Below, piece after piece: positions 32,378 through 42,897 of a stretch of 64,000 nucleotides of DNA. Each line of letters opens with the position of its first letter. Positions within the stretch are counted from its first letter, which is position 1. Under the pieces are notes generated by a model, which was not told the DNA's origin, did not search any database, and saw nothing but the letters and a program-made list of their open reading frames with translations. Position numbers and translations under genes: made by a program. This DNA is from an uncultured cyanobacterium (lineage in GTDB: Bacteria > Cyanobacteriota > Cyanobacteriia > Pseudanabaenales > Pseudanabaenaceae): the NCBI GenBank assembly GCA_963703315.1, contig OY969811.1, positions 3,328,001 to 3,392,000 of the forward strand, written 5' to 3'.

Positions 32378-33388
32378 TTGTTAGAACTATTTCCCAATCA
32401 ACTAAATACCAATTTTCTGATTTTGATTTTGGCAGCCATTCTCGATCGCCTGATTGGTGATCCTGTAAATTGGCTGCATCCAGTACAGGTAATCGGCTGG
32501 ATGATTACTCAATTCACAAAATTAGTAATGCTTGAAGATTCTGAAACTAAACAGCGTATTCCGCGATTTTCGCCAGTAATTATGAAACTCTCAGGTGTCA
32601 TCTTGGGACTGAGTATCATTTTCGGAACTGGGGTATTAAGTTGGTTGATGATGATCGCTGCTGCCAAAATCTATCCTCTGCTCGCGATCGCCTTATCGAG
32701 CATCCTCTTAGCCGCTTGCTTTGCAGGACGTAGTTTAGAGGATGCGGCTAAGTCGGTTTTAACTGTTTTAGCAACGGGCGATCTCCAACAAGCGCGACAA
32801 GAGTTAAGCCGCTATGTGGGGCGCGATACTGATAATTTATCAGAAACAGAGATTTTACGGGCAGTGCTAGAAACTGTCACCGAAAATGCGATCGATGCCG
32901 TGACCTCGCCATTGTTCTATGCCCTGCTTGGTTCATTTTTATTTCCCTATGGTGGTGTCGCTTTGGCGATCGCCTACAAAGCAGCTAGCACTCTTGACTC
33001 AATGGTGGGATATCGCGAAGCCCCCTATAGCGATCTCGGTTGGTTCAGTGCCAAAACCGATGATGTGCTGACTTGGCTACCCTGTCGCCTCACCGTGATT
33101 ACCTTAGCCTTATTTTCAGGCAACCCGATCTATGTCTGGCAAATTTGTCAAAGGGATGCAAATCAAGACCCTAGCCCTAATTCAGGTTGGAGCGAATGTG
33201 TTTACGCGGCGATCTTGCAAGTACAGTTAGGGGGCGAAAATCGTTATCGAGGTGTTGTCAAGCAGAAACCTTTATTAGGAGATGCGATTGAGGCGATCGC
33301 TGCACCCAAAATTGATCAAGCTTTAGGATTAACCCGTACCTGTTTTCTGATTTGGCTTAGTTCTGCTCTATTACTCCCTTCTCCGTAA
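32378..33388 (+). CDS. cbiB: Adenosylcobinamide-phosphate synthase CbiB/CobD
   Basis: IGDP..WLHPV, VGRDT, EN..DAV.SPLFY, TLDSMVGY, SPNSG; start codon uncertain. Confidence 0.93.
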   Translation: MLELFPNQLNTNFLILILAAILDRLIGDPVNWLHPVQVIGWMITQFTKLVMLEDSETKQRIPRFSPVIMKLSGVILGLSIIFGTGVLSWLMMIAAAKIYPLLAIALSSILLAACFAGRSLEDAAKSVLTVLATGDLQQARQELSRYVGRDTDNLSETEILRAVLETVTENAIDAVTSPLFYALLGSFLFPYGGVALAIAYKAASTLDSMVGYREAPYSDLGWFSAKTDDVLTWLPCRLTVITLALFSGNPIYVWQICQRDANQDPSPNSGWSECVYAAILQVQLGGENRYRGVVKQKPLLGDAIEAIAAPKIDQALGLTRTCFLIWLSSALLLPSP

Positions 33389-33464
33389 GGTTTTGATCGC
33401 TGTCGCCATTTGTCAACCAAAAGAAGAGTTGTAGCGCTTCGCGCTACAACTCTTCTTTTGGATT

Positions 33465-34601
33465 TTATTTGCTGATTTGACGACATTCTTCACTAGATAT
33501 TGACTGAGCTTTACCATCAGGCAAAATTTTGACACAGGCAATATCATTCTTGGGCGCAAAGAAAATCGTATAAATGGTTCCGCCAATAAGCAATATAGAA
33601 AAGATCGGTATTAAAAGTTGCCAAGACAACCATTTTGGTCGTAACTTTTGCTTGATATTTGCCAATTTTCTCTGAACGAAAATAATATTTGGATGTCCAG
33701 AATGTAGCGATCGCTGATAAATTTTGAGGGCTTGCTCATACAGACTTTTTACTTCTGGATAACGCCTTTGTGCATAATAAATTGATGCCAAATTGACCAG
33801 ATTTGTCGCAATTTCTGGTTCTTCACCTAATATTTTTTGTTTGATTGCTAATGCTTTTAAAAAGATTGCCTCCGCTTTCTCATACAAAGCCTGTGTATTA
33901 TAAATAGCTGCTAAGTCAAGCATAATACTTGCCACATCAAGATGCTCTTCCCCAAGCAGTTGTTTTCTCAAAGCGATCGCCTCTAAAAACAATGGCTCCG
34001 CTTTACTAAATTTATTTTGTGAATAATAAAATGTCGCTAGATCAATCAGGCAATTCACAAAACCAAGATGTACCTTGCCATAGGATTTCTGTGTTAATAC
34101 TAAAATTTGTTGGAGCGTTCCCTCAACTGCATCCGTGTAATTTCTAGATTTGAGATATGTTTTGGCTAGATTCTTTAAACTCTCTAAAAAAATATCGATA
34201 TTGCCATTGACATAGGGCGGTTCTGGGTCAATTCGATAAAAGGCGCTACTGTCACTGCTAAATACAATTTCGTCACCATGCATCAGCACCCAATGATCTC
34301 GACGTTCCCCATTAATTTGCAGACCATTTGTACTTTTGCCTTTTTCAGGATTGCCATCACTCAGTCGAAATAGCTGAAATAATGGCGGCTCAGTTAATAC
34401 ACCTGTTAAAGTAGCGTGTTCGCGAGAGACTAATTGCGATCGCACGACAATATCATTTTGAGGAGATCTACCGATTTTATAAAATCGATCATCTAATAAA
34501 ATGCCTTGCACTCCCTCAGGATCTTTAACAACTAAGGAATGCTCAAACTGACTACCTTCAACTACGGTTGAATCTTGTGGGATCATACGCTGATTAGCCA
34601 T
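33465..34601 (-). CDS. FHA domain + TPR (kinesin-light-chain-like) membrane-anchored protein
   Basis: IGR..NDI...VSREHA, STNG (FHA); LGEEHLDVA TPRs; C-terminal TM. Confidence 0.85.
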   Translation of the reverse strand: MANQRMIPQDSTVVEGSQFEHSLVVKDPEGVQGILLDDRFYKIGRSPQNDIVVRSQLVSREHATLTGVLTEPPLFQLFRLSDGNPEKGKSTNGLQINGERRDHWVLMHGDEIVFSSDSSAFYRIDPEPPYVNGNIDIFLESLKNLAKTYLKSRNYTDAVEGTLQQILVLTQKSYGKVHLGFVNCLIDLATFYYSQNKFSKAEPLFLEAIALRKQLLGEEHLDVASIMLDLAAIYNTQALYEKAEAIFLKALAIKQKILGEEPEIATNLVNLASIYYAQRRYPEVKSLYEQALKIYQRSLHSGHPNIIFVQRKLANIKQKLRPKWLSWQLLIPIFSILLIGGTIYTIFFAPKNDIACVKILPDGKAQSISSEECRQISK

Positions 34602-34853
34602 AGGGTAAAACGTAATCGCTAATTATGAAGTATCACAATAGTCAACATATAGCAAAACTTTTTTTGCTTAGGATACAAACCCAGAAGAGAGTTGCGGCGC
34701 TCCGCGCCGCAACTCTCTTCTGGGGCTTTAGTTTGTATTGCTTTGCTATATTAAGAAATTTCAAAATTATGACCTTGTTTAAAACTAATCTACCCGTCTC
34801 AAATTTGCAACAATATTAAAAAAAAGAGGAGGTGCTTTGCACCTCCTCTTTTT

Positions 34854-35348
34854 TTAATTGGCTTCGACTCTCATCAAAACTTGACCATATTCAACAGGCT
34901 GGGTGTTATCCACCAAAATCTCTACAATTTTGCCAGTAGCCTCAGATTCGATCTCATTCATCAGTTTCATGGCTTCGATGATACAGACAGTACTTCCTTT
35001 TTTGATACTGTCGCCCACTTCGACAAAGGGGGCTTCATCTGGACCAGGAGAACGATAGAAAGTCCCCACCATTGGCGAAGTAATTTCGATTAACTTCTTC
35101 GCAGGTAGCGAATCGGCGATCGTGGTTGTATGAGCTACAGGACTGGTTGTGGAATTCTCGACTACTGATACCGATGGTACTGCGGCAGCTACAGGAATAT
35201 GAGTTGGCTGGGGTGCAGCTACGACAACTTTATTTTCGCTTTTACGGATACTCAGACGCAAATCGCCTGATTCTAGAGTCAGTTCGGTAATATCCGTCTT
35301 ATTTAGAATCGTGACTAGTTCACGTAATTGCTCTAAGCTAAATTCCAC
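34854..35348 (-). CDS. accB: Acetyl-CoA carboxylase biotin carboxyl carrier protein
   Basis: [25 protein letters not shown] start directly after the efp stop. Confidence 0.97.
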   Translation of the reverse strand: MEFSLEQLRELVTILNKTDITELTLESGDLRLSIRKSENKVVVAAPQPTHIPVAAAVPSVSVVENSTTSPVAHTTTIADSLPAKKLIEITSPMVGTFYRSPGPDEAPFVEVGDSIKKGSTVCIIEAMKLMNEIESEATGKIVEILVDNTQPVEYGQVLMRVEAN

Positions 35349-35909
35349 CTAATTTTCACGCCCCAAATACGTGTCTTCACGAGTATCAATTTTAATGCGA
35401 TCGCCAATGTTTACAAACAGGGGAACGTTAATCGATGCACCTGTTTCTACCTTTGCCGACTTACTACCACCCGTAGCTGTGTCACCTTTCAAGCCTGGAT
35501 CGGTTTCAATAACCTCTAGGACAACGGTGTTAGGCAATTCCACTTCAATTACGCGATCGCCCCAACGGACAACGTTAACTTCCATGCCTTCTTTAATGTA
35601 TTTGACACGGCTACCAATTTGGGCAGTGGTCAAATTTGCTTCTTCATAGCTCTGCATATCCATAAAGACATAATCTTCACCGTCTTTATAGGTATGTTGC
35701 ATGGAACTTTTTTCCAGAACTGCTTGAGGAACCATTTCCCCAGCTCTGAAGGTTCTTTCGAGGTTTTTGCCTGTCATGGCGCTTTTGAGGGTGGTGCGTA
35801 CGAATGCCGAACCCTTACCAGGCTTTACGTGTAAAAATTCAACTACACGCCAGACTTCGCCATCAAGTTCAATTGTTACGCCGGGTCGAAAATCGTTACT
35901 AGAGATCAT
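35349..35909 (-). CDS. efp: Elongation factor P
   Basis: [20 protein letters not shown]. Confidence 0.98.
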   Translation of the reverse strand: MISSNDFRPGVTIELDGEVWRVVEFLHVKPGKGSAFVRTTLKSAMTGKNLERTFRAGEMVPQAVLEKSSMQHTYKDGEDYVFMDMQSYEEANLTTAQIGSRVKYIKEGMEVNVVRWGDRVIEVELPNTVVLEVIETDPGLKGDTATGGSKSAKVETGASINVPLFVNIGDRIKIDTREDTYLGREN

Positions 35910-36090
35910 TGCAGATTGAGTAATAGCCGATGACTATTTTAACGTAGCGATGTAACGTTTGAGACAAAAAAATATAAAAACCGCAAACAAACGATTGCAA
36001 TCGTTTGTTTGCGGTCATCGCTATAAAGCGCCCCTTCCTACTTTTTGGGTAATTGCTATAGAATTGAGTTTTTAGAGGAGCGATCGCCCC

Positions 36091-36408
36091 ATGTCAGTAA
36101 AAAAGCAGTTTGGTAGTTTTGATGAGTTGTTAGAAAGCTCAGAATTGCCTGTTCTCGTCGATTTTTATGCTCCTTGGTGTGGTCCTTGCCAACTTATGAC
36201 AGGGATTCTCGATAAGGTAAGTGAGACGATGAAAGATAAAGTCCAGATTGTGAAGATCAATACCGATAACTATCCTGATCTTGCCTCTCAATATAAGGTT
36301 TACGCTTTACCCACTCTAGTTTTATTTAAGGATGGAGAGCCTGTCGATCGCATTGAGGGCGTAATTCAAGCTGATCCCTTGTGCGATCGCCTTAGTGTTC
36401 ATGCTTAA
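36091..36408 (+). CDS. Thioredoxin
   Basis: VDFYAPWCGPC; GAGGAG RBS. Confidence 0.95.
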   Translation: MSVKKQFGSFDELLESSELPVLVDFYAPWCGPCQLMTGILDKVSETMKDKVQIVKINTDNYPDLASQYKVYALPTLVLFKDGEPVDRIEGVIQADPLCDRLSVHA

Positions 36409-36456
36409 GCATTAAAAAAGCACCCTGACGGGTGCTTTTTTAATGAAATGAAAAAT

Positions 36457-37188
36457 TTATAAATTAGGATCAATCCCCAACTCTCGCAATTTAGCAGCCA
36501 AGGCTTCGGCGCGTTGATACTCACGTTCAGCACGTTGACTTTCTTGTTCAGCCTTCTCAGAACTCCATAGCAACAAGTTACCATCCCTGTCCCACCACCG
36601 CAGCCAACTTGTAGTAGTTAAGGCTCTGGTTCCTGACCATATTCCTAAAAACAAGTTTAACTCGGCAATCCAGACTCTACCATGCTCGTCCTTGGGCTGA
36701 ACTACATAGCGACCATCTTGTAAAACTCGAACTTCTAGGTTTTGTTCATAAGGATCGTAGGTGACATAGACAGGAACTTGCAAAATCTGCTCATAGAAAT
36801 AGAGCTTGCCGTAGGGTGGGGTCGATCGCACTGAGAACTCACCACCATCAGTATCCGACAAAAATTCCATCACGATACTCACTGCACCACCTTCACGGTG
36901 AGGAGTATAGCTACGACGAATCACGCCTTGATCGGTGGGATAAACGTGGGGTACATATAGCCAGTCAGGAGCCTTGACCACAATCTGTTTATTGACCGTA
37001 GCCACTAGTCCAAAATTGGAAACCATCAGCGCATCGTCTGGAATTAAATTCGCTGCGAGCAGCGCGTCACTGAGGGCGGCGGCTAATAATGGTTGCTGTT
37101 CGTTTTCCACAGGATCGTCAGGTAAAACATAGTTGGTGGGTAATGGCTCCCAAGTGATTTGCGGCTTAGTAGCAATCTGAATGACCAT
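36457..37188 (-). CDS. Uma2 family endonuclease
   Basis: LPDDPVEN, KAPDW, MEFLS, GK..FYEQILQVP, KLRELGIDP tail; start re-set to MVIQ with an AGGAG RBS. Confidence 0.88.
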   Translation of the reverse strand: MVIQIATKPQITWEPLPTNYVLPDDPVENEQQPLLAAALSDALLAANLIPDDALMVSNFGLVATVNKQIVVKAPDWLYVPHVYPTDQGVIRRSYTPHREGGAVSIVMEFLSDTDGGEFSVRSTPPYGKLYFYEQILQVPVYVTYDPYEQNLEVRVLQDGRYVVQPKDEHGRVWIAELNLFLGIWSGTRALTTTSWLRWWDRDGNLLLWSSEKAEQESQRAEREYQRAEALAAKLRELGIDPNL

Positions 37189-37265
37189 AGGTTGCTCCTT
37201 TGATGGGACTCTAGTAAGAAGATTTGAGAGAGTGCGCCCCCAAGGGGCGCACTCTCTCAAATAAT

Positions 37266-38369
37266 TTAGACAAGGCAATCGTTAAGCTGGGCTAGTAGTT
37301 CTTCACGGTGTAAATTGCGCCCGATAATTACTAGTTGTGTATTTATAGGCTTGCTGCGATCATCATTTTTTAGTTCATAGCGCTTGCCACTAAGTTGAAA
37401 GACATAGCGATTATCGATGCCAGCGAATTGTAAAATGCCTTTGGCTCTAAACACATCGATGGGTAATTTCTTATCTAAGAAATCTTGAAACTTGTCGAGA
37501 TTAAAGGCGCGATCGCTTTGAAATGAAATTGATATAAAACCGTCGTTTTCTAGGTGATCAGAATGATGATGATGCTCATGATCGTGATGCTCATGGTTAC
37601 ATTCGGGATCGTGGCAATGCTCATGGGCGTGGGGGCTGCCATGATCGTGATGGTCGTGTTCGTGGTGATCATGCTCTTCAGCTTTGTGGCTAGGCGCGAT
37701 CGCTGACTGGTCAATCTTCACATCAAGAATTAGCGGCAATGGCACAGATCCTAAGTGCGATCGCAAAATTCTAGCTTTAGTCTTAGTTTTATTAATGTAA
37801 GCTTCTAGTTCTTGAAGCTTTTCTTCAGTCACTAGATCAGTTTTATTGAGAATAATAATATCGCCATACATAATTTGGGCATAAGCGGCATCACTATTAA
37901 AATGCTCTGAGGTAAAAGCTTCAGAATCAACTACAGTCAAAATTGAATCAAGACGAGTTAAATGTTGTAGCTCTGTCCCCAAAAAAGTCAAGGCGATCGG
38001 CAAAGGATCGGCAACGCCCGTAGTCTCTACGATCATGTAATCAATGCGATCGCCTCTTTCGAGAACCTTGTACACAGCATCAACTAAGCCATCATTGATC
38101 GTGCAGCAAATGCAGCCATTGCTCAGTTCCATCATGTTTTCATCGACGGCAACTAACAACTGACTGTCAATATTGATATCGCCAAATTCATTAACCAAAA
38201 CCGCAACTTTTAAATCCTGCTGGTTTTGTAAAATGTGGTTTAGTAAAGTGGTCTTGCCACTGCCTAAAAAACCAGTGATGATGGTAACTGGCATCCCTCG
38301 TTTGGGTACGTCTACATCGATAATGTCTTGTGTCAGGACTTCTGTAACATTGCGATCGGAAGTGAGCAT
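37266..38369 (-). CDS. COG0523/CobW-family metallochaperone GTPase
   Basis: GFLGSGKTT, NGCICC, ETTG, NKTD, His-rich insert, CobW C-terminal domain. Confidence 0.93.
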   Translation of the reverse strand: MLTSDRNVTEVLTQDIIDVDVPKRGMPVTIITGFLGSGKTTLLNHILQNQQDLKVAVLVNEFGDINIDSQLLVAVDENMMELSNGCICCTINDGLVDAVYKVLERGDRIDYMIVETTGVADPLPIALTFLGTELQHLTRLDSILTVVDSEAFTSEHFNSDAAYAQIMYGDIIILNKTDLVTEEKLQELEAYINKTKTKARILRSHLGSVPLPLILDVKIDQSAIAPSHKAEEHDHHEHDHHDHGSPHAHEHCHDPECNHEHHDHEHHHHSDHLENDGFISISFQSDRAFNLDKFQDFLDKKLPIDVFRAKGILQFAGIDNRYVFQLSGKRYELKNDDRSKPINTQLVIIGRNLHREELLAQLNDCLV

Positions 38370-38434
38370 GGTCTTTATGCAAGAATAACTTTAGCCTTCA
38401 TCTTAACAGTCTCGATCCCGCTCTGTAGATCCTC

Positions 38435-38911
38435 ATGCCAGTTCCTGAACCTTGTATTGCCTTCAGTGTTGATGATATTTTAGCTGCTTTAGAAGTGCGT
38501 CTAGACATAGAAGAAGCGATCGCCAAGCAACCACTTACTCAAGCATTAGAGCAATGTTTAATATTTACCCAAGCCAACGACTTGATCGAATTAGCTAGGT
38601 TTGTAAAGCAGGAACTTGACGGCTATAGAGATCAACCACCCACTAATCGCTATGTTCAATTGAGTTATTTTGATAATGGTGGACAACTCATCAGTGGATT
38701 GAGTCAATACAGTAGCTATCCTTTAGTAACAGGGGTTCGCAAACTAGAACTTCACCTTAAAAATGGTATGACGTTGATGTTGCCCACCAAGATTTTGGCT
38801 TTTTTGTCAGAGGTTTCTGGTCGCACAGTTGACATTGGTCATGTATCACCATCTGAAATCAATAGACTTTTAAAACAAATTCGTAATGAGATTATCCAAA
38901 AGTTGCATTGA
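38435..38911 (+). CDS. Hypothetical protein, AbiTii-like domain
   Basis: LTQALEQCL...ELARFVKQELDGY...P..RY pattern recalls the AbiTii N-terminal motif. Confidence 0.5.
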   Translation: MPVPEPCIAFSVDDILAALEVRLDIEEAIAKQPLTQALEQCLIFTQANDLIELARFVKQELDGYRDQPPTNRYVQLSYFDNGGQLISGLSQYSSYPLVTGVRKLELHLKNGMTLMLPTKILAFLSEVSGRTVDIGHVSPSEINRLLKQIRNEIIQKLH

Positions 38912-38938
38912 CTAAATTGATTGACTAGATTGTATTGA

Positions 38939-39283
38939 CTAAACCCATTCTAGTTTTAGGGCAGGCATTAAACGCTGCAAATTTTTTAGGGATTTTCCTT
39001 GCCAAGGTATACTTTCAGAACCTTGTACAGTGATACTAATCGTTTCTTTTTGACGAACTTTGATGACGAATTTAGATAGAACATTAATACCTGAACTATT
39101 TAAAAATTCCAGATGACAGAGATTTAAAATGAGCTTTGACGGTGCTTGCTCAATTACATACTCTAAGATACTGACGATGGGAGCATATTCTTCTGTGCCT
39201 GCTAAACGCAAAGATCCCCAACAATGGATACAATTATCTGATGGATCATACCAGACTTGATAATCATCCCCTTTAACTTCCAT
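38939..39283 (-). CDS. Slr1659-family STAS-like regulator
   Basis: GSLRL..EEY.PI, LEFLNSSGINVLSKFVI, PWQGKSLKNLQRL. Confidence 0.8.
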   Translation of the reverse strand: MEVKGDDYQVWYDPSDNCIHCWGSLRLAGTEEYAPIVSILEYVIEQAPSKLILNLCHLEFLNSSGINVLSKFVIKVRQKETISITVQGSESIPWQGKSLKNLQRLMPALKLEWV

Positions 39284-39398
39284 TCTTCATCCTCATAAAA
39301 GTTTAATTCATTTACATCAGGGAAATTTTTGAAAGTGCCGCGAAGCGGCACTTTCAAAAATTTCCCTGATTTTCATTCAGCGCAAAGCGCTGTGTCTA

Positions 39399-39986
39399 CT
39401 AAAGAGGCAACTGCACCATTGTAGTTACTATTGTCACATGATGACTATCTGGAACTTGTTCAAACTTCCATCCTAACGCTGCCTCATAATCCATGAGCAT
39501 AGTCAAATAGCCCAGTCCAGATTTTTGTGATTCATCATGATCAACACTTTTTTCAACTTGGTTAATATATATTTCACCAATATCACCAGTCGTAATTTCT
39601 TTTAGGTAAGACTGAAAATTGGCGATCGCATCTTGATGCACACTATTTTTAGATAAAAATATCAGATGATCGCTAAATAAATGCACCTCTAAATTAATTG
39701 GTTGACCTGCATTTTCATCACTATATTTCATTGCATTTTCTAGCAATTCATTAGCAATAAAACTAACCGCAGATCTAATTTCAGATTGCTTACTGATATC
39801 AGCATTCGTGTCTCCGGGGAAAAAATTTCTGACATAATCTCCTAGAAAATCGGCTGATAGTCCATTTGTTTTCCATCGTAGTTGGATTGGCAACGATGAT
39901 GGTGAAAATCCTAGAACTAGGAATTCGCTTCTTTCTGAAAAGTCTTCTGTGAATTTTCCAAAAATTTGCGCCATAATTAACGCCAT
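39399..39986 (-). CDS. Slr1658-family HATPase-like (anti-sigma/kinase-like) regulator
   Basis: W..NGLSADFLGDY, ANELLENAMKY, SGLGYLTM..DY; start may be MAQIFG at about 39974. Confidence 0.8.
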   Translation of the reverse strand: MALIMAQIFGKFTEDFSERSEFLVLGFSPSSLPIQLRWKTNGLSADFLGDYVRNFFPGDTNADISKQSEIRSAVSFIANELLENAMKYSDENAGQPINLEVHLFSDHLIFLSKNSVHQDAIANFQSYLKEITTGDIGEIYINQVEKSVDHDESQKSGLGYLTMLMDYEAALGWKFEQVPDSHHVTIVTTMVQLPL

Positions 39987-40315
39987 TTTTAATGTTGATA
40001 TTTACTGGGAATTGCTAAAAAATTTTGTAATATTGTACAAACTTACAGCACTTTTCAGACTAGTGAAGTACGGGTTTGTGTCCCCGTCTTCGGCGGGGAC
40101 ACAAACCTATGTACCTCGCTTGCTTGAAAAGCACTATATAGCAACTCTACCTCTTGTACTATGTTTAGGGATATGGCGCAACCTGCTACAGAACCACCCT
40201 AGAGAAAGTGTCGGCGCTAAGCGCCGACACTTTCTCTAGGGCTAACATGATCGGTTACAGATCTAAATAGCCAAAAACTTTGATAGTAATCTAATTAAAA
40301 CTGTTGGATAAACCT

Positions 40316-40534
40316 ATGTCTGCCAATCTCGACGATGCACAAAAGCAGCCAAATTTAGAAAAATGGTTTATTTGTAAACGGGATACTGGAATCTGCGAAA
40401 TTGTCAATAGTAGTAGTAGTAGCAAAGCAGAACTGACTGATGCTATTGAAACTTGGGGCGCTTTTAATTCTCAAGGAGAAGCGATCGCCAAAAGAGTCGG
40501 GCTAATTCGTGCTGGCAAATGTCAACCGATCTAA
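40316..40534 (+). CDS. Conserved small cyanobacterial hypothetical protein
   Basis: WFICK..G.CEI, WG.F.SQ.EAIAKRVGLIRAGKCQP; start uncertain. Confidence 0.7.
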   Translation: MSANLDDAQKQPNLEKWFICKRDTGICEIVNSSSSSKAELTDAIETWGAFNSQGEAIAKRVGLIRAGKCQPI

Positions 40535-40662
40535 AAGCCCAAGCAGGAAATTCGACACTTTGTGTCGAATTTCCTGCTTGGGCTTTTAGGTTTGTCAGCT
40601 ACGATGGTAGCCGTGAAGCGCTACTATAATACGGGACTACATTTTCTGGAAAATTTTAAGCC

Positions 40663-41457
40663 ATGATATCCGTTTCCGCTCGATTTGAAGAACTGCGAGC
40701 TAGAGGGCAAGCTGCTCTGATTCCTTTCATTACGGCTGGCGATCCTAACTTAGAGGCGACAGCAAAGGCTTTGCGGATCTTGGATCAAAACGGCGCGGAT
40801 TTAATTGAGTTAGGTGTGCCTTATTCTGACCCACTAGCCGATGGTCCTGTGATTCAGGCAGCAGCCACAAGAGCTTTGCAAAATGGCACAACCTTAGAAA
40901 AAGTTTTAGATGTTGTTAGACAGGTCGCCCCTGAATTGCGATCGCCGATTATTTTATTCACCTATTACAACCCCATCCTCAACATTGGTGTAGAAACGTT
41001 TCTGCAAAAAATTTACGAGGCAGGCGTACGTGGTTTAGTCGTACCAGACCTGCCCCTTGAAGAATCTCATGTTTTGTTAGAACCTGCCCAAAAAGCGGGT
41101 ATCGAAGTAATTTTGTTGATCGCCCCGACTAGTCCCCCTGAGAGAGTTGCCGCGATCGCCGCAAAATCACAGGGCTTTATCTATGTCGTTAGTGCTACAG
41201 GTGTTACGGGAGTACGGACTGAAGTTGCTAAGGGTGTGAAGATTATGATCGAGCAACTGAGAGTGATTACCGATAAACCGATCGCCGTTGGTTTTGGCAT
41301 TTCGCAACCAGAACACGCTAAGCAGGTCATCGATTGGAACGCTGATGGGGCGATCGTGGGTAGTGCGATGGTCAGAAAGTTAGCCGAGCCAGATGGTGGT
41401 TTGCACGCGATCGCTGAGCTTTGCAAGACTCTCAAGCAATCTATTCGTAGGGATTAG
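40663..41457 (+). CDS. trpA: Tryptophan synthase alpha chain
   Basis: [27 protein letters not shown]. Confidence 0.98.
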   Translation: MISVSARFEELRARGQAALIPFITAGDPNLEATAKALRILDQNGADLIELGVPYSDPLADGPVIQAAATRALQNGTTLEKVLDVVRQVAPELRSPIILFTYYNPILNIGVETFLQKIYEAGVRGLVVPDLPLEESHVLLEPAQKAGIEVILLIAPTSPPERVAAIAAKSQGFIYVVSATGVTGVRTEVAKGVKIMIEQLRVITDKPIAVGFGISQPEHAKQVIDWNADGAIVGSAMVRKLAEPDGGLHAIAELCKTLKQSIRRD

Positions 41458-41476
41458 CATTTAGGGATTAAGACTT

Positions 41477-42661
41477 ATGAATATTTTGACGGGTGTTGGT
41501 CTAGTACTCGCGATCTTAGCTAGTCTGGGTTTATTGCTGTGGTTGCTATTTGAATGGCAATACCGAACGCGACAGGGAAACTTACTCGAATTTGATAGCG
41601 GTCTATGGCAATTTTTAACCTACGAGCCAAATCATTATCGTTTGGAGTTATTACTCACAGCGACTAACAAAACTCGCAAACTTGATGTGTTTTTGGTGGA
41701 GGTAAATCCTGTGGTATCGTTGCTAGCCAATGACACCCTCGAAGGGATTAATACTCAAGTCCAATTGCGATCGCGCCATCCTAATCTCCCAAGTCGCAGT
41801 GATAATTACTGGGAATCTTATATTGTTACGCCCAATCACAGTACTGGAGTTGAGATTCAAATTGATATTAGCGGCAAAAATTTAGAAGACCTCAGAACTG
41901 CATGGGTACGAGTTCACTACACAATTTATGGTCCTGGGGGACGCGAGGAAAAAGTCAAGCATTGCATTATCCCTCTGCAATTTCCTGATGCTAATCAGAA
42001 AGAACGCTGGCGACCTACTCCTGATGCTGATGTCTTACCGATCCGTACCCATATTTTATCCGCAGGTGATAGTCCCGTGGAAGTCATGCAACGCTATGTC
42101 ATGAATCATGCCCAAGCAGGGGATATTGTGACGATCGCGGAAACACCGATCGCGATTATGCAAGGTAATTTCTATCATCCTAGTGATATCCAGCCTAAAT
42201 GGTTAGCAAAACGTTTGTGCTACTACTTTAAGAGTGCTTCTAGTCTAGCCACTGCCTGCGGTCTGCAATCACTCATTAATGAGTCAGGTGCATGGCGCGT
42301 CGCTTTTGCCTTTATCATCGGTTCCGTTGCCAAAGCCCTATTCCAAATTCCTGGGGTTTTTTATATGCTGGCGGGTGAACAGGCGAGGCTGATCGATGAT
42401 GTCACTGGCACTCTACCGCCCTACGATCAGTTTATTGTGTTAGGTCCTAAAAACCCTCAAGCTGTAGTTGATGAAATTAAAGCAGGTACAGGACTAGAAG
42501 CCGCGATCGTGGATGTCAACGATTTGCGGCGAGTCAAGGTTTTGGCAGCAACTTCAGAGGTTTCAGAAAAGCTACTTAATCAAGCTCTATTAATGAATCC
42601 TGCGGGAAATGCTGCCGAACAAACGCCAATCGTACTAATTCGTCCCAATAGCAGCAACTAA
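41477..42661 (+). CDS. F420-0:gamma-glutamyl ligase-like protein with N-terminal membrane anchor
   Basis: PIRTH, IAETP.A..QG, IDDVTGTLPPYD, IVDVNDL, NPAGN..EQTP. Confidence 0.75.
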   Translation: MNILTGVGLVLAILASLGLLLWLLFEWQYRTRQGNLLEFDSGLWQFLTYEPNHYRLELLLTATNKTRKLDVFLVEVNPVVSLLANDTLEGINTQVQLRSRHPNLPSRSDNYWESYIVTPNHSTGVEIQIDISGKNLEDLRTAWVRVHYTIYGPGGREEKVKHCIIPLQFPDANQKERWRPTPDADVLPIRTHILSAGDSPVEVMQRYVMNHAQAGDIVTIAETPIAIMQGNFYHPSDIQPKWLAKRLCYYFKSASSLATACGLQSLINESGAWRVAFAFIIGSVAKALFQIPGVFYMLAGEQARLIDDVTGTLPPYDQFIVLGPKNPQAVVDEIKAGTGLEAAIVDVNDLRRVKVLAATSEVSEKLLNQALLMNPAGNAAEQTPIVLIRPNSSN

Positions 42662-42897
42662 TACCAATTCAAAAAATGGCGTTGCCATTTTTTGAATCTT
42701 ACAACCTTGATATAGCAAAAAAGTTTTGCAGGACATAAAACCCAAGAAGCGAGTGGCGGCGCGAAGCGCCGCCACTCGCTTCTTGGGTTTTGATTTGTAC
42801 TAGCTTCTTGTATTGCTATACCGATTCACCAAAGTGTTGTCACACTTTCGCAAACTAAAAAACAGAGAGGCGGCGCTTTGCGCCGCCTCTCTGTTTT

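Noticed and set aside
30798..33388. Cobalamin riboswitch near cobQ/cbiB
   Set aside because: The gap of about 90 bp is filled by one palindrome; no B12-box seen
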